Below, in pieces: positions 45,301 through 56,657 of a stretch of 64,000 nt of DNA (position 1 is the stretch's first letter; each line of letters begins with the position of its first letter). Made by a program: the position numbers and the translations under genes. The notes beneath the pieces were generated by a model. That model worked only from the letters and a program-made list of their open reading frames with translations, ran no database searches and had not been told where the DNA came from. This DNA is from Lepidodermella squamata (Eukaryota > Animalia > Gastrotricha): assembly GCA_047495785.1 (NCBI GenBank), contig JBLDXI010000032.1:1178001-1242000 (forward strand), read 5' to 3'.

Positions 45301-48300
45301 ACTTGTTCAAACAAAGCGCCGGGGAGATAAACTTGGTGGGGATTAAGGGAGATTGGGTTTATGATACGAAATCTGATTTACCCACTGGTAGTATGCCTGT
45401 CATATTCCTACAGACAAAAGTTGTCAATGGTCGGAGCATACCAACAACTATTGGCTACTATAAGTCTAATAGAAAGCCAGAGAAGCTAGTGATCTATAGG
45501 GAGAAAATCGTCTGGAACACAGCAGATGGAAATATTCCGAAAGACGAGATTCGATCAATGAGAGTCGAAGTCCCGCTACTACCATTTAGCTCTAATGTTG
45601 CTCTCATCAGCATAGGCAGCTTCTTAATCGGTGTATTATTCGTTGTGTTAATTCTTTTGATTAGAAAATGGAAAGTAGAGAAAACGAAGCGGTTGGAAGA
45701 CATGGCAATCATTGTCGGAAATGTAGCTATAATTTGTCACGTATTCCTTATTCCAGTCGGGGTTGGTAAAGATCCTAGCAGTAGTTGCTCTGGCATGACC
45801 GTGCTGATTACCTGCGGACTGTCCATCTTACTATCAGCTTTGGTCGAAAAACTGCTGACAACTTTACAACCATTTCAGGAAAATCCTGAACCCCGTTTTC
45901 GTTTGTTTTCTCGTTCGAAAGGCGTCTTCGTCATCACAATTTCACCACCGATTTTTGTCCTGTCAACAATCTTAAATTCTCGTGTCAAGTCTGAAACGAT
46001 TCCTCTGTACAATCAACTTTCGCCTAGTGACTCGAGTTTGGAATTGCATTTCGAGAGATACGAATGCCAGATGTTCTCAGCTCTTTTCGGCTCATCTACT
46101 TCTGTAGCTTTGATCTCATTTGCCGGCGCAATATTAGGCATCCAACTATTTATCGCCGTGTTCTCGGCGTTCAAAACTCTGGCGCTAATCAAAAAGCAGA
46201 GAATCGACCCGGTGGTCGTCAAAGATCTCAAACTAACAGCCATGGCTGTCTACTGCATTTTAACCTTCATTTTTGCGGGGGCGTTCATCGGACTTTTGCT
46301 AGGTGGCTCGAGTCCAGCAATTACTGTCTTGATTACTACTCTCAGCTTTCTTATCGCTGCAATCAACGCCTGCGTCGTTAGCGCGATGCTTTTCACGACG
46401 AGTGGAGCTCGTCAATCTGCGTTCTTAGCCGAACCTACACGGAGCAGCTTTGCAGCTGGAACTGTCATGCGCAGAGAGTCTACACGCAACTCGTTTACTC
46501 ACATGCATTAAGAAATGACAATAGTGTGCATCAATGATTTCTCATTGTAATCGTGTTATTTTGTTCAAGTGGTAATAATAATAACTAATAATAGTTCAAG
46601 AACAAACACTTTTCAAATCGAGGTTCAGGAATTTGAAGTAAGCTGGCGATGTTTTGCAAGCGTCTTAGATATGGGCGGAAAGGGTTTTTGTTTTTTTTTT
46701 ATTTACCAAGATGTTCGGCCACATCACAGTTTTTAATATTTAAAGACTTAGGCCTAGAGCGTTCATCTTCTGTTTGAAGAAAGGAATGTCGAATTTCGGA
46801 GGGAAGCAGTTAATTTGTGAATTTCGGAGGGAAGCAGTTAATTTGTCCCTGCCATATAATTGTCGTTACCTTGCGCAACGTCGCCGATTGCAGCTGAAAC
46901 GTTGATTGCAGGTTGTTGTTGTTGTGTTGTGTTGTGTTGTTGATTGCAGGTTGAGGAGGGGCTGGAGGCGGCACTTGCGCCTGAGCCTGGGTCGGCTGGT
47001 TTTCAGCGAGCTGCGTCAGCATTTGCTGAACTTGCGCCATTTGCGTGCGTTAGGCTTGACCGGCTTGATGCTGAAATTACTGAAATTGCCATTTGGGGAA
47101 AACGGCGGCAGAACCCGACGATGATTGAGCTTGCCCGGATTGCCCGGATTGGGCGCCCGAGGCTTGCTGCTGCTGAGCCTCAAGCTCCTCGTCGCTCATC
47201 GGCTGTTCATCAGCTACCCGTGATGAGGCGGGAGGGATCAATGTACAGTCTATGCGGATCAACTTTTCCACAATTCGGGAGTTTGAGGTCCGCCACAACG
47301 AGCCGACTTGTAGTACAGCTTTGGAGGTCGAAACACGTAGCGCCACAAGCCGGGAAACTGTCGAACAGCGCGAACTGTAGTGTCTGAGAGAATTGGTTGC
47401 TTAACATTTCTTTCAACTGCCGCGTAGTTTGATTAATTGGCCTTGAAGGATTTGTAATCAATTCTGTCCCCAGCTGAGAGTTGCAGGAACTAAATTGAGT
47501 TTTGGCATTTACCAATTTTCTGAGTAAGCCCACATCGGTCAGCAGCAGAGACTGATGCGCACAATTGACTGAGTCTTATATCTTCAAAGTTATATACTCT
47601 ACCCCCATCGCCACGTCGAACAGCAAAATCGCTCTTTTCGATCAAAATTCCTCGTCTGGCTCGTAGTTCGAAGCGAGTCGCGGCTTTACTTCTGATGGCT
47701 TCCAAATAAGAGACTCACTTACCTTGGCATAGAATTTGGCGGATTGGGGTCATGCCCATAGCAAGTAGGTCAAAAGGTCGCGCGCTTCCTGCGCCGCTGG
47801 TACACGCACACGTGAGAAGCCCATTTTCGCGGTTTTCCATAATAAATCAAGCAAAACAACCGATTGGACTGGTTACGCAAAAGGACGTGATTTTAGTAAT
47901 CAGCGCCAAATGAGTCAAGACGGTTGTTTCATAGTACCTGGCACACAATGGCGTTTGACCCACTTTTTGTTGTGGGTATCCGCCTTATTTCGCTTGATCT
48001 TAAAGGCAGACCTACATATTCGGTCGGAAAATTATGAAGGATAAGGCGCTATCATAATTGGACAATCCGTTATGGTATAGAAGCAGGCATATAAGTTGGA
48101 GTCGCATAGCAAAAAAACCTAACCGACTTCGCAGAATTAGAAGGGATTATTATCCTTTGTGATTGGCATAGTATTTCAGCTCTTGTATAACATATTAAGA
48201 TCTATTACGATATTGTGACTTTGTCGAATTTGTAACTGTTAAATCCTATTATTTAGGTATCAACCGAATCGGAAATCTGTTGATTCCGAATGATAACTAT

Positions 48301-49079
48301 TGCAAGTTTGAAGACTGGCTCATGCCAATTTTGGACAAAATGTTAGCAGAACAGACGGAAAGCGGCACGCCCTGGACGCCGTCTCGCGTCACAGCTCGCC
48401 TCGGTAAAGAAATCAACGACGAACGATCGATTTTGTACTGGGCTTTCAAGAACAAAATTCCGGTTTTCTGCCCGGCGCTGACCGATGGCTCCCTAGGGGA
48501 TATGCTATTTTTCCATTCCTACCGCAATCCGGGTCTTATTGTCGACATTTTGGATGATCTGCGACGTGTTAACAAGTAAGTTTTCCGATTTTCCGAAGTT
48601 TGACCGTAATTTAAGAAAAATTGTTTCATAAAGCGTTTCGCAAAAGTAGCGCAATCATTTTCTAATTTTCAACTTTTTGCATGATAAGGATTTAGCTTTT
48701 AGGATCAATTTTATCGATAAGAAATAAACGCGTAGTATTTGTTCTTAGCCTGGCGATGCGAGCTCGTCACTCCGGAATGGTCATCCTCGGCGGTGGAGTC
48801 GTGAAGCACCACACCTGCAACGCTAATTTGATGCGAAATGGGTCTGATTTCACCGTCTACATCAACACAGCCGCCGAGTACGACGGCAGCGATGCAGGCG
48901 CTAGCCCGGATGAAGCTGTATCGTGGGGAAAAATTCGAGGCGATTCGAAGCCCGTCAAAGTGTTCTGCGACGCGACGATCGCGTTCCCGCTGGTCGTAGC
49001 CGGGTCGTTTGCTCAAAGACAAGCGGAAATCGAAGCTTTCAACGCCAAAAGCCGGCCGGGCTGGAATAAGAAGAACTGA
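42334..49079 (+). CDS. DHPS: Deoxyhypusine synthase; exons 42334-42898, 48257-48575, 48749-49079
   Basis: [35 protein letters not shown]|[46 protein letters not shown]. Confidence 0.97.
43994..46511 (+). CDS. Orphan class C (GABA-B-like) GPCR copy 1, nested in DHPS intron 1; intron 44642-44693
   Basis: Signal peptide; Venus-flytrap-like ectodomain ([38 protein letters not shown]); WNTADG.IP.D linker; no Cys-rich domain; seven hydrophobic helices. Confidence 0.8.
46791..46846. repeat. Perfect 28-bp tandem duplication
   Basis: GAATTTCGGAGGGAAGCAGTTAATTTGT x2. Confidence 0.95.
46810..47750 (-). mobile_element. Degenerate Gln/Pro-rich coding relic, possibly a retroelement gag 5' region
   Basis: Broken low-complexity frames ([12 protein letters not shown].., [22 protein letters not shown]) ending at the 28-bp duplication; no diagnostic motif. 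Confidence 0.35.
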
Positions 49080-50027
49080 GAATTGATTTCTAGCGGTTGT
49101 TGCGGTTGTAGCTAAAATAAATTGAAATATTTTGGATGTATTTTTATGTCATTTGTATGAATTCTCCTCGACCGGATTCGACTTCCGGCTTGAGACCCTA
49201 CATAAATACATGGGTACGTATCGCATGAGGAACCACCTAACAGAGACAAACGGAGCACCAGTACTTCACCGAGTAATGATGGGCGATGTTAGGTTGAAAA
49301 TTATTGAAAAATCCATTTTAACCACTACGCCATTGGCTGTACAAATTATGAGGGCGTATACAGGAATTTCATCGCGAGACCCGGGTATATAAGTTATTCT
49401 TCTTGAGCCTTCGTGCAAGCGGAGAAGCTGGAATCGATCATGAAAAACGAATCCCTTGAACCGAAACTTTGAACCGAATCATCCAAGAAACATCGTATTG
49501 TTCTGAAGAATTTTGACAGCGGTGAATTTCTGAAAACAAAATCAAGAATTTCGTTGGCGACAAACTGACTAAAGATATAGAACTTCGTGACTAAATCCCA
49601 GAAAGACCTTCGGCTGGTCCTTCAGAAATTGTGTTTGATACAAATAAATCACAATGACGTGGGCTTTTGAGCGGTGCTTTTTAATAAAAGGATATGCCCC
49701 ATATTTTAGTTGGCTTTTCGCGATGGATGACCTTAAAAGAATATTAGCGTCATTTCTGCCGACGTCATGCCAAAAAGTGAAATAATTTACTGTCCAACTC
49801 GGATGAACTACGATTGCAAAATAGTGCAATAGGAAATAACATCATCAAAAATCACATTTATGTTGGTTTCGTGAATCGGAATTGAAAGGTATTCAATTTC
49901 GTTGATTAAAATAGCCAAGTTGATGAAAAATCATAGCTGGAATATGGACCAGCAGTTTCCGGCTGGAAATTTTAAGATTTATCAACCAATTTGTAGTATT
50001 TTTGTTTCTGATTAATTATTCAAAGTA

Positions 50028-50956
50028 CCGTCATTTGGGGTAATCTGGGTCATTGGGGCTATTCGGACGAATGTTCATGCAAACAGGAGATTGAGCATGG
50101 CTCAAAAACTACCCGGCCGTTGGCGATGAAATTTTGCACGGAGTTAGGTGGAAAGACGACCCACATGCCGTAAAAATTTCATGACCTGAGAGTAAGTGGT
50201 TGTGAAGACATGGGCTTACCTTTCCGGTGTAAGTTTAACACAGTTTAAGCAATGTTCTGCGTTGAATTACCTGGACCCGAACAGAATTTTGCTGGACCTG
50301 CGCCCAATTTTTCCTGAATCTACAGACGCTAGGGAACCCATGAAAATTAAAAACGCCCCGATCCGACGCATACTTTTGTCTAATTAATTGCGTGCGATTA
50401 GCCCCACGAAAAAATTGGGTTGTGGGGCAATCGGAACAGAGAAATGCGGCAGAATTGGAATATTCTAATGAGCTTTGTTGTTGATAAGTTCCTCAGCAAA
50501 TGAGGCATACTTCGAATTTAAGAGGTTTGTAAAACTTTTGATTTAGGTTTACCGAATGAAAGGCTAGTGCATGTGGCATGAATATAAAATTCGTTAATTT
50601 ACTACTGCTAATTAAAAAACTATCTATAAACTAAAAACCATTGCATACGAATGATTGCATAAACAATTTTGGGGAAAAAAATTGCTCCGCGGCGTGGACT
50701 CGAACCCTTGTTTCGTACTTTGCTATGCTTTCTAGAAGCACATCCAAAGCCACTCGACCACTGAACACAACACATCAGTAATATTTGAATTGAATATTTA
50801 TGTATCATTAATAGCCCCACACCTGTCCGAATAGCCCCATCCGTGGGGCTATTCGGAATCCTGGTTCCATTGGAATCAGGACCTTCTGAAACGTGTAAAA
50901 ATGCAAAAAAATCAGGGGTTAATTTTTTTCGCCGTCCGAATAGCCCCAACTGACGG
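50028..50956. mobile_element. TA-flanked pogo/Tc1-type MITE carrying a tRNA-like sequence
   Basis: Ends TA-CCGTCATTTGGGG / CCCCAACTGACGG-TA; repeated GGGGCTATTCGG motifs. Confidence 0.8.
50683..50769 (-). pseudogene. tRNA-like Pol III unit inside the MITE
   Basis: A box TGGTCGAGTGG, B box GGTTCGAGTCC, stem-loop TGCTTCTAGAAAGCA, T7 run downstream; poor T-stem. Confidence 0.55.
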
Positions 50957-51872
50957 TATCAGTTTTGAAATTTCAAACTGATGCACGTTTTTCTTATTTT
51001 TTTCAATCGAGTAAATCGATATGTTGGGTATTTTCCTGCTCTATCTGACTTCACAGGCGTGTCCGGCAGGGTCCAATCGACTACCTATTTTGATTTTCTG
51101 TTTTTCATGCACAACTGAAAACATGGCTGACAATTTCTATGAATTCATGCGGATGAATCTATATCTTCGATCTCGAAAAAATAGCGGGATTGAAAATTTA
51201 GTAAAATCAGAAACTTGTGGGAAATATGCGCATCAGTCCACAGCATATACGCGATTGTCGATTTTCCGATTCCTTCCTCACTTTGCTGGAAAATTCGAAA
51301 ATTCGATTTTTGCTTGGCTGAAAAGAAATTTCGCCGTGAAAGGGTTAGCTTTGAAAATCGGGTTTTCGGCGGTACTGCTAGCTGCTAGCCGGACGCACCC
51401 ATGTCTCCTTTTGTACTAACTGCTTTCTACCGGTCCTAAAACAGGCCTTCTTGTTGTTTATTTTTCCTATTGAAAAGTAACGCGGTACTTTTGCCACAGC
51501 GAGGCATCATTACATCTTTCCAATCGTTGTCTGCTTATTGACGCAGCTGATTTTTCGGATCGTAGTTTTTTCTGAAACCATTTTTATCTGAACCAAATTG
51601 TGACTCGGGTAGCCTTGGCAAACCACCTCACGCGTTGTCTCACATGTGATGATAAAACTTATCATCGAGTTTTCGCTGCCCAGACGATTCTTACAGATAT
51701 AATTATAATGAGACTGAATGCGGCTCATTTGTACAACTTTGACCTGCGTGTTTTTTCCTATCGGTGCTACATTGTGATAAAATTGGCTACTTTGTTTTTT
51801 CTGCCGTATATGTCGCGAGTACTTGCTTGAATTTGATAAATTGCACATCTCACACCCAATTCAGTTATATAC

Positions 51873-53178
51873 ATGGAGTCTCCGTTATTCTTTTTTGATC
51901 CCGATGTATTCGCGCGCCAGGTTTCGAAAAGTGATTTCGAGGTGTCGAAACGCATCGGAGGTGGAGGTTTCGGCATCGCGTCTCTCGTGCAGGTGAAGCA
52001 GCCCGGCATCGTTCTGAATGGCATGCAGAACTTTGTGCTGAAACAAGTCGACATCCTTGAACACATTCAAGACAGAAGCGACAGCCGCGTGGAGCGGTTG
52101 CAGGAAATGATTTACCAGGAGCCGCTGTTCATGCGAAAACTCCAGGACCACTACAACATTGTCAAGGCCTTTGCTTGGTTCCAGGTTGATCAGACATTCC
52201 ACATTGTGATGGAGCACTGCGAGGGCGGAGACCTTCATCAAGCTGTCCAGGCTCGTAAGAATCGGCAGAAGGATCCTCATTTCTCGTCGCGGGAAATAAG
52301 CCAGTCGCTTGCTCAGCTCGGATCGGCTGTTTGCTGGCTGCACGATAGGAAAATCATGCACCGCGATATCAAGTCCAAAAACATTTTCCTGTATGAGGCA
52401 AACGGCTCGGGCTATTACCCAGCGGACGATTTGCGATCCAAGGTCTTGAAACTCGGCGACTTCGGGCTGTCGCGGGCAATGACAAAGTAAGCCAGCGCGG
52501 AAAAGTTCTGCTTTAGTTGTGTTATACTTTTTCGTTCTTTTTCAACTCTCAATCTGGCGAATCTGATATACCCGTTCTCTTCGTTTCAGCACATCAGCCT
52601 CGTTGAGGTCGAATGCCGGCAGCTTGACGCACTTGGCTCCTGAAACTTTGTTGGAGGAACAGCCATTCTACTCACTCAAATCCGATGTCTGGTCGTTGGG
52701 AGTGGTCGCGTTCGAGCTTGCGGCGCTATTCCTTCCCGTAAGATACTACATTGCCAGATTTACCTTCCTTTACGTTCATAAACTTGGTTAGTATTCGCAT
52801 GTATATCACAAAGATATTACAAGGCCCCAAATCCCTGAGATTCACGCCGAGTTTCGGTCACTTATTGATGGGAAAATGATGGTTGTCGACTTGAAAGATC
52901 GAGCAAATATAGCTGATGTGCTTGCCGACGAGCTGCTGCGAGATCGCGTGAGAAGAGTCGAGGCCGCAGCGATGGACGTCGTTAGGGAAGAAATCAAAGC
53001 CTTGAGGGCGGGTCAACGTCTGCTGGCCTCAGAAATCCAGGAAATTAAAGAAAAGGCTAGGAACGATTTTGATGCCCTAAAAGCAGCGATGCCACGCTTC
53101 GCAGATAGCAATACCTTGAACTTTAATCCTTTACTCAGATTGGCTGCGTTGACTCCAAATGCGAGCGGTAAAAAATAG
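51873..53178 (+). CDS. NEK/NIMA-like Ser/Thr kinase with short coiled-coil tail; introns 52487-52589 and 52738-52791
   Basis: IGGGGFG, VLKQV, HIVMEHCEGGDL, HRDIKSKNIFL, KLGDFGLSR, HLAPE, KSDVWSLG. Confidence 0.88.
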
Positions 53179-53684
53179 AGCTGCAGAATTGAACAATGAA
53201 TGAATTAGATATTCTTATTATAGAATAATAAGTGCATTCCTTCGTTTCGTTGTTTCCGTTTCCATCAAGAACCGGCCCTAATGGCTGAATGGCTGAATGG
53301 CTGAAGTATTGGAGAAAAACAGATTTCTCATTCTTATTGCCCCGGAATGCTACATACACAGATTAACCGAAAGGCTCAAAAGCAGTGCTCAAATTCGCAG
53401 TTAATTGTAGTTTTCCACCCCTGATAATTGATAAGGAAATTGATTCGCGTTATAACGCATGAGAATGGATTTTTGATTGCCTTTATTTCCAGTGGTCGTC
53501 GAAATAATATTTTTGAAAAATATATCAAGTCGGAATTCCACTCGCATCGAAATTCTTCGTCGTCATAAAATAAAATCAATATTGGTCAAGAAAAATGTCT
53601 TTTCCCATTTTTCGATTATCCAATAGGAGATCATAACATTTCGTGAATTTCAAATGTCACGTCCAGACACGTACCGGTAATTCT

Positions 53685-54318
53685 TCATCTTCTGTCGTCG
53701 TCGTAAAATCCGAACAGGGCCTTGGTCTTGCGCCACAGGAACATCATCGTCTCGTAGTCGGTCTTCTGGTTATGCTCCTCGCGAAGTTGCTTTCGGATGG
53801 CAGCGGCTGTCTCCATGATAACGGCGAACATGCCCATGAGGGTGATCATGACAATGAACAGGAACAGCACAAAGCCAAATGGACCGAGAATAGGCGATGC
53901 ATCCTAGGATCGGAAATTAATAACTCATAATTCTAAGAATCGGCAATATTACCCTCATTTTGACGAAATCAAAAACGCCGAGAGAAGCAGCCATAAGGGT
54001 CTCGATGGTCTGGATAATTGACCGATACGCTTCCAACACGGTACCCAGAGCGAAGTAGTAGAGCTGGGCGAAGGCGAAGAAAACACCGAGGAAAACGATG
54101 GCGAACGGCTTCAAGTCCTTCATCGCAATCGACAGGACCATGCCAAGCATAGCGAGACGTCGGTTGAAGTTTAAGATCTTCAAAAAGTTCAACATGGCGA
54201 AGAATGACGCAAAGCCAACGAAAACCATTAGAATTTCGTTCTGAGTAGCCAACGCGCCGTAGTTGACGAAAACCTCAGAACCAGCACCGACCAAGGCCTT
54301 AGCAGCAACTCGAGCCAT
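53685..54318 (-). pseudogene. 5'-truncated polycystin (PKD1L/PKD2-type) channel-domain fragment
   Basis: FLKILNFNRRLAML...KDL..FAIVF...FFAFAQL.Y...G....YRS....IETL....LG.FDF|..PILGP; intron ~53905-53952; begins at a fold-back junction; apparent +1 frameshift near 53694. Confidence 0.75.
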
Positions 54319-55379
54319 GATGAATGGCTCGAGTTGCTGACGGTAACGCCAACTGACGGTAACGCGCCTTACTGTAGTAACTGTACTTGCTCAACTTACT
54401 GTACTTATTAAAGTTGGGTTTTTGGACCTTTTTGCTTTATATATGGGTGGAGAAGTAACAGCTTTATATCGGCGGGAAGAAAGTAATCGCCGTAAATAAC
54501 TTTTAGGAACGAACGCGATGGGAATTGTTTCCCTGAATCCCATTTATAATATATTGCAAAAATTGAGCCATTTTCGCAAGTCTGCGCGAAAATGTTTTCC
54601 TCTCACGCTGGTTTTCATGGTGAGTGTTATCCCGAATGTCATCAGTAAAACGAGGTATTGAGCTGAGAGCTGAGTAAAATAGCAAAGCACCAAATGAAAG
54701 TTGGATTTGAATGAATGTTGTCGTTATGAATTTCATCAGACTAAAAATTATTCAAAAACCGAATTGAGAGATATTTTTTTCATTTTTTCTATTTTCCGTC
54801 TATTTCGACATGCGATACTGAAAACTGAAATAGGTGGGTTGAGTTGGGCTAGATGGTTCAGGGTCCAGCTTGACAACTTGCTCGCGTGTCGTCTGGCTAA
54901 AGTCCAACGCTAAAAATAGCCTGGCTATTTCTTGAACACCCTGTATATACCGCTGAAGGAATCGCATATCCGGCCCTCAATTTGACTCATGTTGTGGGGA
55001 AGCAGTCGGCTTTTAGGTAGTTGAAGTTCGTTTTTAAGGCCAGTGGAATTCACCTCTGTTTATAAAGTCCTCTGGTAATTAACCCCCTCCGCTAAAACCA
55101 ATAGCACTCTTGCGAAAGAACAATGTGCTTGAAGCTAAAAAACCAGCGGCCGATGAAAGAGCATTCCCCATGTTGGGGCGGCTGGAAAGGTTTGCGGAGC
55201 ACTGAAATAGTGTTTATTAAGTTCTATTTTTACTAGCATAATGCACATCAATTGGGTCCTTGGGCCAGAGATGGCAGTCATCGTACGCGTAGAGTCTGTG
55301 TGCTTTCGGCCCCTATCCCATATCGTTACGTCGCGGAAGAACTCGCACTTCGGAAAATTTCCTTACCTACAATAGATAC

Positions 55380-56111
55380 CAGTGCCGGATTAGGCAAACA
55401 AGGCCTTAGGGCCTCGCAATTTTCGGGCTCTTGGAGAAAAATCCAAAGGGGGGGCCCTTATGCCCCAAGGGCCCCCACATTTTCTGACTCCCGTTGGAAA
55501 ATTCCACAGGGGGACCCTTTGATTTGATTTTGATTTGTGAAAACGCCAGTAATGATCAATTTTTCGACCTTCGTTAATGCTTTTGGACCAACATTTCGAA
55601 ACAATTTGCTCGCTTTGCTCGCATTTCTATACTTTTTCGTCACTGCTTAATCTTCTCTGACCGAACTCTGCTGATCTCGGCAATGCAGGCAGCAGGCAGC
55701 ATATGCAGCAAATGTTTCAACCAAATTCTGAACATAAATGAATGTAGGCACACATTAAACGTAGACATATGTATTTTCATGCATGTTTTATCAATTGGAT
55801 ATCGAAATGTTAACGACCAAAATTCAGGGCAAAATGTATTTTAGGTCATTTTTAGAGATTTCTCAACTTTTTTTAGAGGAAAAATTTGAAAATTTGCTCG
55901 CTTCGCTCGAATTAGTTGGTTCAAATCAGCAAATTTTCACCAAAGCGACGTAGAAGTTTTTTTTTAAATAAGCGAACGACATTGGCCTGACTCGGTCCAG
56001 CGGTAAATCGAGCTACTCAACTGTAACAACTAAATATTGGTGATAGGGACCCCCGAAGATGGAGATTGCCCAAGGCCCCGAGAAATATCCAACTGAGAAA
56101 ATCCGGCGCTG
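55380..56111. mobile_element. hAT-type MITE with perfect 8-bp TSD, inserted in an older inverted-repeat element
   Basis: ATAGATAC-CAGTGCCGGATT...AATCCGGCGCTG-ATAGATAC; outer inverted repeats at ~55324-55349 and ~56196-56219. Confidence 0.9.
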
Positions 56112-56345
56112 ATAGATACTGTCGAGACGTGCTGTACAAAAGAATGCAGCCAAGCCGTGCACAACACTTTTATGAGAAAGCAATACTAACGTAGAGTGCG
56201 TTCTTCCGCGACGTGAACGAATTGATTGAAAATTGCATGACTCCGGGAATCATAGAGGCACCTCTTCTAAGTCAGAAATAGCAAATCATAGATGGCTTTC
56301 TTTACACGACCTTTTTCTTTGGGTGCTCGGTATGTGGCCTTACCA

Positions 56346-56539
56346 TAGGGTGTGTTTTTTTATTCAATCCGGACTTTCGGGAAGCTCAGGTGTATGCACC
56401 GGATGACAGATTTTTCGATGTAAACACCAGAGGTTTTCGGGCATTGAAATCTGCTACACAGCTCCAAATTTTTATTTCAAGGTGAGCTTCAGAAGTGGGC
56501 GACTCGAAAATTCGGGGTGAATAAAAAAGTACACCCATA
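56346..56539. mobile_element. Short MITE (possibly PIF/Harbinger-type)
   Basis: TIRs GGGTGTGTTTTTTATTCA / TGAATAAAAAAGTACACCC. Confidence 0.65.
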
Positions 56540-56657
56540 GAGAACAGACGTAACTTCTGTTCTCTACGGGCCTCTACGGGCCACCCTACACGGGCGGAGA
56601 AATCACGCGATTGCAATGATAAATTATCCCTGAAGAAATTATTGGTGCATAATTCTG

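Noticed and set aside
47640-47780. Possible spliced-leader RNA or U1-like gene (ACTTACCTTGGC on +; CCAAG|GTAAGT and AATTTTGA on -)
   Set aside because: No U1 stem-loops follow; only a weak 6-bp stem around the donor; better explained as a splice donor of the adjacent degenerate element
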